Positions 59,683 through 64,000 of a stretch of DNA of 64,000 bases are shown here, piece after piece. The position numbers were made by a program, and so were the translations under genes. Each line of letters begins with the position of its first letter. Within the stretch, counting starts at the first letter, position 1. This DNA comes from Zoogloea sp. GTDB taxonomy: Bacteria; Pseudomonadota; Gammaproteobacteria; Burkholderiales; Rhodocyclaceae. The notes under the pieces are model-generated. The model did not search any database and was not told the DNA's origin. It was given only the letters and a program-made list of their open reading frames with translations. The stretch spans positions 319 to 64,318 of the forward strand of contig NZ_JAQVCN010000025.1 in NCBI RefSeq assembly GCF_028689785.1. Direction: 5' to 3'.

Positions 59683-60828
59683 ATGAAGACCATCATGAAG
59701 AAGTTTGCCGTGGGCGCCGTGCTGGCCCTGGGCAGCCTGGCCGCCATCGCCAATGAGCCGATCAAGATCGGTTCCGTGCTGTCCGTCACCGGCCCGGCCG
59801 CCTTCCTTGGCGACCCGGAGCTGAAGACCCTGCAGCTTTACGTGGAAGACATCAACAAGAAGGGCGGGGTGCTCGGCCGTCAGCTGCAACTGGTGCACTA
59901 CGACGACGGCAGCGACGCCAACAAGGCCAACGGCTTTGTCAAGCGCCTGCTGGACGACGACAAGGTGGACATCTTGATCGGTGGTACCACTACCGGTGCC
60001 ACCATGTCCATGGTGCCGCTGGCTGAGAGGTCCGGCACGCCCTTCATCTCCCTCGCGGGCGCCGTGGTGATCATCGAGCCGGTCAAGAAATTTGTCTTCA
60101 AGACTCCCCACACCGACCGCATGGCCGCTGAAAAAGTATTCGAGGACATGAAAAAACGCGGTCTGAGCAAGGTGGCCCTGCTGTCCGAGACCTCCGGCTT
60201 CGGCCAGTCGGGCAAGAAAGAGACCGAGGCGGTGGCCGGCAAGTACGGCGTGACCCTGGTGGCCAACGAGACCTACGGGCCCAAGGACACCGACATGAGC
60301 CCGCAGCTCACCAAGATCAAGAACACAGCTGGCGTGCAGGCGGTGTTCGTGTTCGGTCTGGGGCAGGGCCCGGCCATCGTCACCAAGAACTACAAGCAGC
60401 TCGGCATTGCGCTGCCCCTGTACCAGTCCCACGGAGTGGCCTCGGATGAGTTCCTGAAGCTCGCCGGCCCGGCCGCCGAAGGTGTGCGCCTGCCGTCCCC
60501 GGCCCAGCTGATCCCAGAGAAGCTCCCCGCCAACGATCCGCAGAAGCCCGTCGTGACCGCCTACGATAAGGCCTATAAGGAGCGCTACAAGCAGGACGTG
60601 TCCACCTTCGGTGGCTATGCCTACGACGGCCTGATGATCGCCGTGGATGCCATCAAGCGCGCCGGCAGCACCGACAAGGCCAAGGTCCGCGATGCCATCG
60701 AGGCGACCAAGGGCTTCATCGGCACCAGCGGCAGATTCAACATGTCTCCCACCGACCACATGGGCCTGGATCTCTCCTCCTTCCGCATGCTGGAAGTGAA
60801 GAGCGGTGACTGGACCCTCTCCCAATAA
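59683..60828 (+). CDS. Liv-type ABC solute-binding protein (probable phenylacetate binding)
   Basis: Signal peptide; IKIGSVLSVTGPAAFLG, INKKGGVLGRQL, DMSPQL. Confidence 0.88.
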   Translation: MKTIMKKFAVGAVLALGSLAAIANEPIKIGSVLSVTGPAAFLGDPELKTLQLYVEDINKKGGVLGRQLQLVHYDDGSDANKANGFVKRLLDDDKVDILIGGTTTGATMSMVPLAERSGTPFISLAGAVVIIEPVKKFVFKTPHTDRMAAEKVFEDMKKRGLSKVALLSETSGFGQSGKKETEAVAGKYGVTLVANETYGPKDTDMSPQLTKIKNTAGVQAVFVFGLGQGPAIVTKNYKQLGIALPLYQSHGVASDEFLKLAGPAAEGVRLPSPAQLIPEKLPANDPQKPVVTAYDKAYKERYKQDVSTFGGYAYDGLMIAVDAIKRAGSTDKAKVRDAIEATKGFIGTSGRFNMSPTDHMGLDLSSFRMLEVKSGDWTLSQ

Positions 60829-60846
60829 GCAGTCAACGAAGAAACA

Positions 60847-60871
60847 GGCGCCCGTCCTTCGGGCGGGCGCC
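60847..60871 (+). other. C(UUCG)G hairpin after the binding-protein gene (mRNA stabiliser or partial terminator)
   Basis: GGCGCCCGTCC-TTCG-GGCGGGCGCC with no U-tract. Confidence 0.55.
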
Positions 60872-60882
60872 GGGAGAACAGC

Positions 60883-61656
60883 ATGAGCAAGCTTGTAATC
60901 ACCGAAGTCCATGGCAAGGTCGGGCTGATCCGCATCAACCGGCCCGAAGCCCTCAACGCCCTCAACAACGAGGTGGTGGATGGCATCGGTGCGGCCATCG
61001 ACGGCTTCGAGGCCGACGAGAACATCGGCTGCATCGTCCTGACTGGTAGCGAGAAGGCCTTCGCCGCAGGAGCCGACATCGGCTTCATGAAGGACTTCGA
61101 CTACATGCACGCCTACAAGACGGATTTCATCACCCGCAACTGGGAGCGCATCAAGACCACCCGCAAGCCGGTGATTGCCGCGGTGGCCGGTTTTGCCCTG
61201 GGCGGCGGCTGCGAGATGGCGATGATGTGCGACATGATCTTTGCCGCCGACACGGCGAAGTTCGGCCAGCCGGAGATCCGCCTGGGCACCATGCCCGGTG
61301 CCGGCGGCACCCAGCGCCTGCCCCGTGCCGTAGGCAAGGCCAAGGCCATGGACCTGTGCCTCACCGCCCGCATGATGGACGCCCTGGAGGCCGAGAAAGC
61401 CGGGCTGGTAGCCCGCATCATCCCCGCCGAGCAGTTGCTGGACGAAACCCTCAAGGCCGCGGCCACCATCGCCGGCTTTTCGCTGCCGGTGGTGATGATG
61501 ATCAAGGAGTCGGTCAATCGTGCCTTCGAGAGCAGCCTCAACGAGGGCCTGCTGTTCGAACGCCGGGTCTTCCACTCGGCCTTTGCCCTCGAAGACCAGA
61601 AGGAAGGCATGGCCGCCTTCGTCGAAAAACGCAAGCCGGCTTTCCGGAACTGCTGA
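60883..61656 (+). CDS. paaF: Enoyl-CoA hydratase (PaaF-like)
   Basis: FAAGADI, ALGGGCEMAM, FGQPEIRLG...PGAGGTQRL. Confidence 0.85.
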   Translation: MSKLVITEVHGKVGLIRINRPEALNALNNEVVDGIGAAIDGFEADENIGCIVLTGSEKAFAAGADIGFMKDFDYMHAYKTDFITRNWERIKTTRKPVIAAVAGFALGGGCEMAMMCDMIFAADTAKFGQPEIRLGTMPGAGGTQRLPRAVGKAKAMDLCLTARMMDALEAEKAGLVARIIPAEQLLDETLKAAATIAGFSLPVVMMIKESVNRAFESSLNEGLLFERRVFHSAFALEDQKEGMAAFVEKRKPAFRNC

Positions 61657-61663
61657 GGTCACC

Positions 61664-62455
61664 ATGGCAAATGCCTACGAAACCCTTGTTGTCGAACGTT
61701 CGGGCCGCATCGCCACGATCTGGATGAGCCGCCCCGAGGTCTTCAACGCCTTCAACGAGCAGCTCATCACCGACCTCCACCAGGCCTGTGTCGAGCTGGA
61801 CGGCGATGCCTCCGTACGGGTGGTGGTGCTGGCCGGGCATGGCAAGCACTTCTCTGCCGGTGCCGACCTCAACTGGATGAAGCGTGCCTCCGCCTATGGC
61901 GAGGACGAGAACCTGGCAGATGCCCGGCGCTTCGCCGGCATGCTGCGGGCCCTGTCCGACATGAGCAAGCCCACCATCGCCCGGGTGCAGGGCGCGGCCC
62001 TGGGGGGCGGCACCGGTCTGGCTGCGGCCTGCGACATGGCCGTGGCCGCCGACGATGCCAGCTTCTCCACCTCCGAGGTCAAGTTCGGGATCATCCCGGC
62101 GGTGATCAGCCCCTTCGTGCTGCGCGCCATCGGGCCGCGCCATGCCCTGCGCCTGTTCCAGAGCGCCGAGCGGGTCGATGCCGTGCGGGCCCTGGCCATG
62201 GGCCTGGTGGGTGAGGTGGTGCCGGCGGAGCAGCTCGACGCCGCCGTGGCCCGCCTGGCCGAGACCCTGGTCGTCGGCGCCCCCGACGCCCAGAAGGCCG
62301 CCAAGGATCTGATCAGCGCTGTTAATGGCCGGCCCATCGACGACACGGTGAGCGAGGACACGGCCCGCCGCATCGCCCGCCGCCGGGCTACCGCCGAAGC
62401 CCGCGACGGTATCGCCGCCTTCCTCGAAAAGCGTCCCCCTGCCTGGCTGCAATAA
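61664..62455 (+). CDS. Second crotonase, methylglutaconyl-CoA hydratase (LiuC)-like
   Basis: FSAGADLNWM, ALGGGTGL (first catalytic Glu absent), SEVKFGIIPAVISPFV. Confidence 0.8.
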   Translation: MANAYETLVVERSGRIATIWMSRPEVFNAFNEQLITDLHQACVELDGDASVRVVVLAGHGKHFSAGADLNWMKRASAYGEDENLADARRFAGMLRALSDMSKPTIARVQGAALGGGTGLAAACDMAVAADDASFSTSEVKFGIIPAVISPFVLRAIGPRHALRLFQSAERVDAVRALAMGLVGEVVPAEQLDAAVARLAETLVVGAPDAQKAAKDLISAVNGRPIDDTVSEDTARRIARRRATAEARDGIAAFLEKRPPAWLQ

Positions 62456-62497
62456 GCAGCCGGCGGAACTGTCCAACCTATAAAGGAGAGACACCAG

Positions 62498-63504
<1,007 letters not shown>

Positions 63505-63508
<4 letters not shown>

Positions 63509-63801
63509 ACACCCCCGCACTCAATGAATGGCCCCTCTGGGAAATCTTCGTCCGCAGCAAGCAGGGCCTTGAGCACAAGCACTGCGGCAGCCTGCACGCC
63601 GCCGATGCCGCCCAGGCCCTGCACATGGCCCGCGACGTGTACACCCGCCGCCAGGAAGGCGTGAGCATCTGGGTGCTGCCGTCCGCCGCCATCACCGCCA
63701 GCAACCCGGATGACAAGGGCGAGCTGTTCGACCCCGCCGCCGACAAGATCTACCGTCACCCGACCTTTTACGAGATCCCGGAAGAAGTGGGGCACATGTG
63801 A
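63505..63801 (+). CDS. paaB: Phenylacetyl-CoA epoxidase subunit B
   Basis: [41 protein letters not shown]. Confidence 0.97.
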
Positions 63802-64000
63802 TGAGCGCGATCCAACCGAGCGTGGCGCAGGACCGCTCCAAGCAAGCGAGCGCCCCCGTGGGGGGCAGCGCACCCAACGCAGTGGGAAGCGTGGGGGCTC
63901 CTATCGACTACCTCCTGCACCTGGCAGACAACGCCGTGGTGCTGGGCCAGCGCAACGCCGAATGGTGCGGCCACGGCCCCATCCTCGAGGAAGACATCGC
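63801..64000 (+). CDS. paaC: Phenylacetyl-CoA epoxidase subunit C (partial, runs off the right edge)
   Basis: Translated by hand from ATG 63801 (TGATG overlap): ...IDYLLHLADNAVVLGQRNAEWCGHGPILEEDI. Confidence 0.93.
   Translation, partial: MSAIQPSVAQDRSKQASAPVGGSAPNAVGSVGAPIDYLLHLADNAVVLGQRNAEWCGHGPILEEDI
63828..63898. repeat. GC-rich palindromic repeat-like element inside the paaC 5' end
   Basis: CAGGACCGCTCCAAG...CGCCCCCGTGGGGGGCAGCG...GCGTGGGGGC; resembles, from memory, an intergenic repeat of Rhodocyclales/Burkholderiales. Only one copy here. Confidence 0.5.

Overview
GC-rich bacterial chromosomal segment, most likely a betaproteobacterium of the Rhodocyclales type (inferred from gene content and order, not from a database search). 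Left to right: (1) a Fur-boxed ECF sigma / FecR / TonB-dependent receptor / M16 zinc protease operon resembling the FusA-FusC or YddB-PqqL protein-import systems; (2) core genes ppiD and fabI and a family-5 solute-binding protein; (3) a stand-alone dnaE2 with its own SOS box, 21 kb from lexA-imuA-imuB; (4) a GlyGly-CTERM subtilase; (5) a porin-cytochrome electron-transfer cluster behind an FNR-like box (heptaheme c + cytochrome b, MtoD-like monoheme, decaheme MtoA/MtrA, MtoB/MtrB porin); (6) ettA, an N-acyl amino acid synthase-like gene, an ABCB exporter, MAPEG, PHB depolymerase and fpr/finR; (7) a roughly 430-bp intergenic region with three repeated DnaA-box modules plus Fis/IHF-like sites; (8) M61 peptidase, MATE, the SOS cassette, bcp-slyD and a fused peptide-ABC ATPase; (9) a large phenylacetate (paa) cluster running off the right edge. 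The paa cluster carries non-canonical additions: a hemerythrin-LivF fusion, an unassigned ferritin-like diiron oxygenase plus [2Fe-2S] reductase behind a PaaX-type operator, an IclR regulator and an extra crotonase. Three copies of an 85-86 bp REP-doublet element occur in intergenic spaces. I saw no rRNA, tRNA, CRISPR array, transposase or integrase. Family assignments come from motif recognition by eye; no searches were run. Many start codons were moved from the supplied ORF track to more plausible positions.
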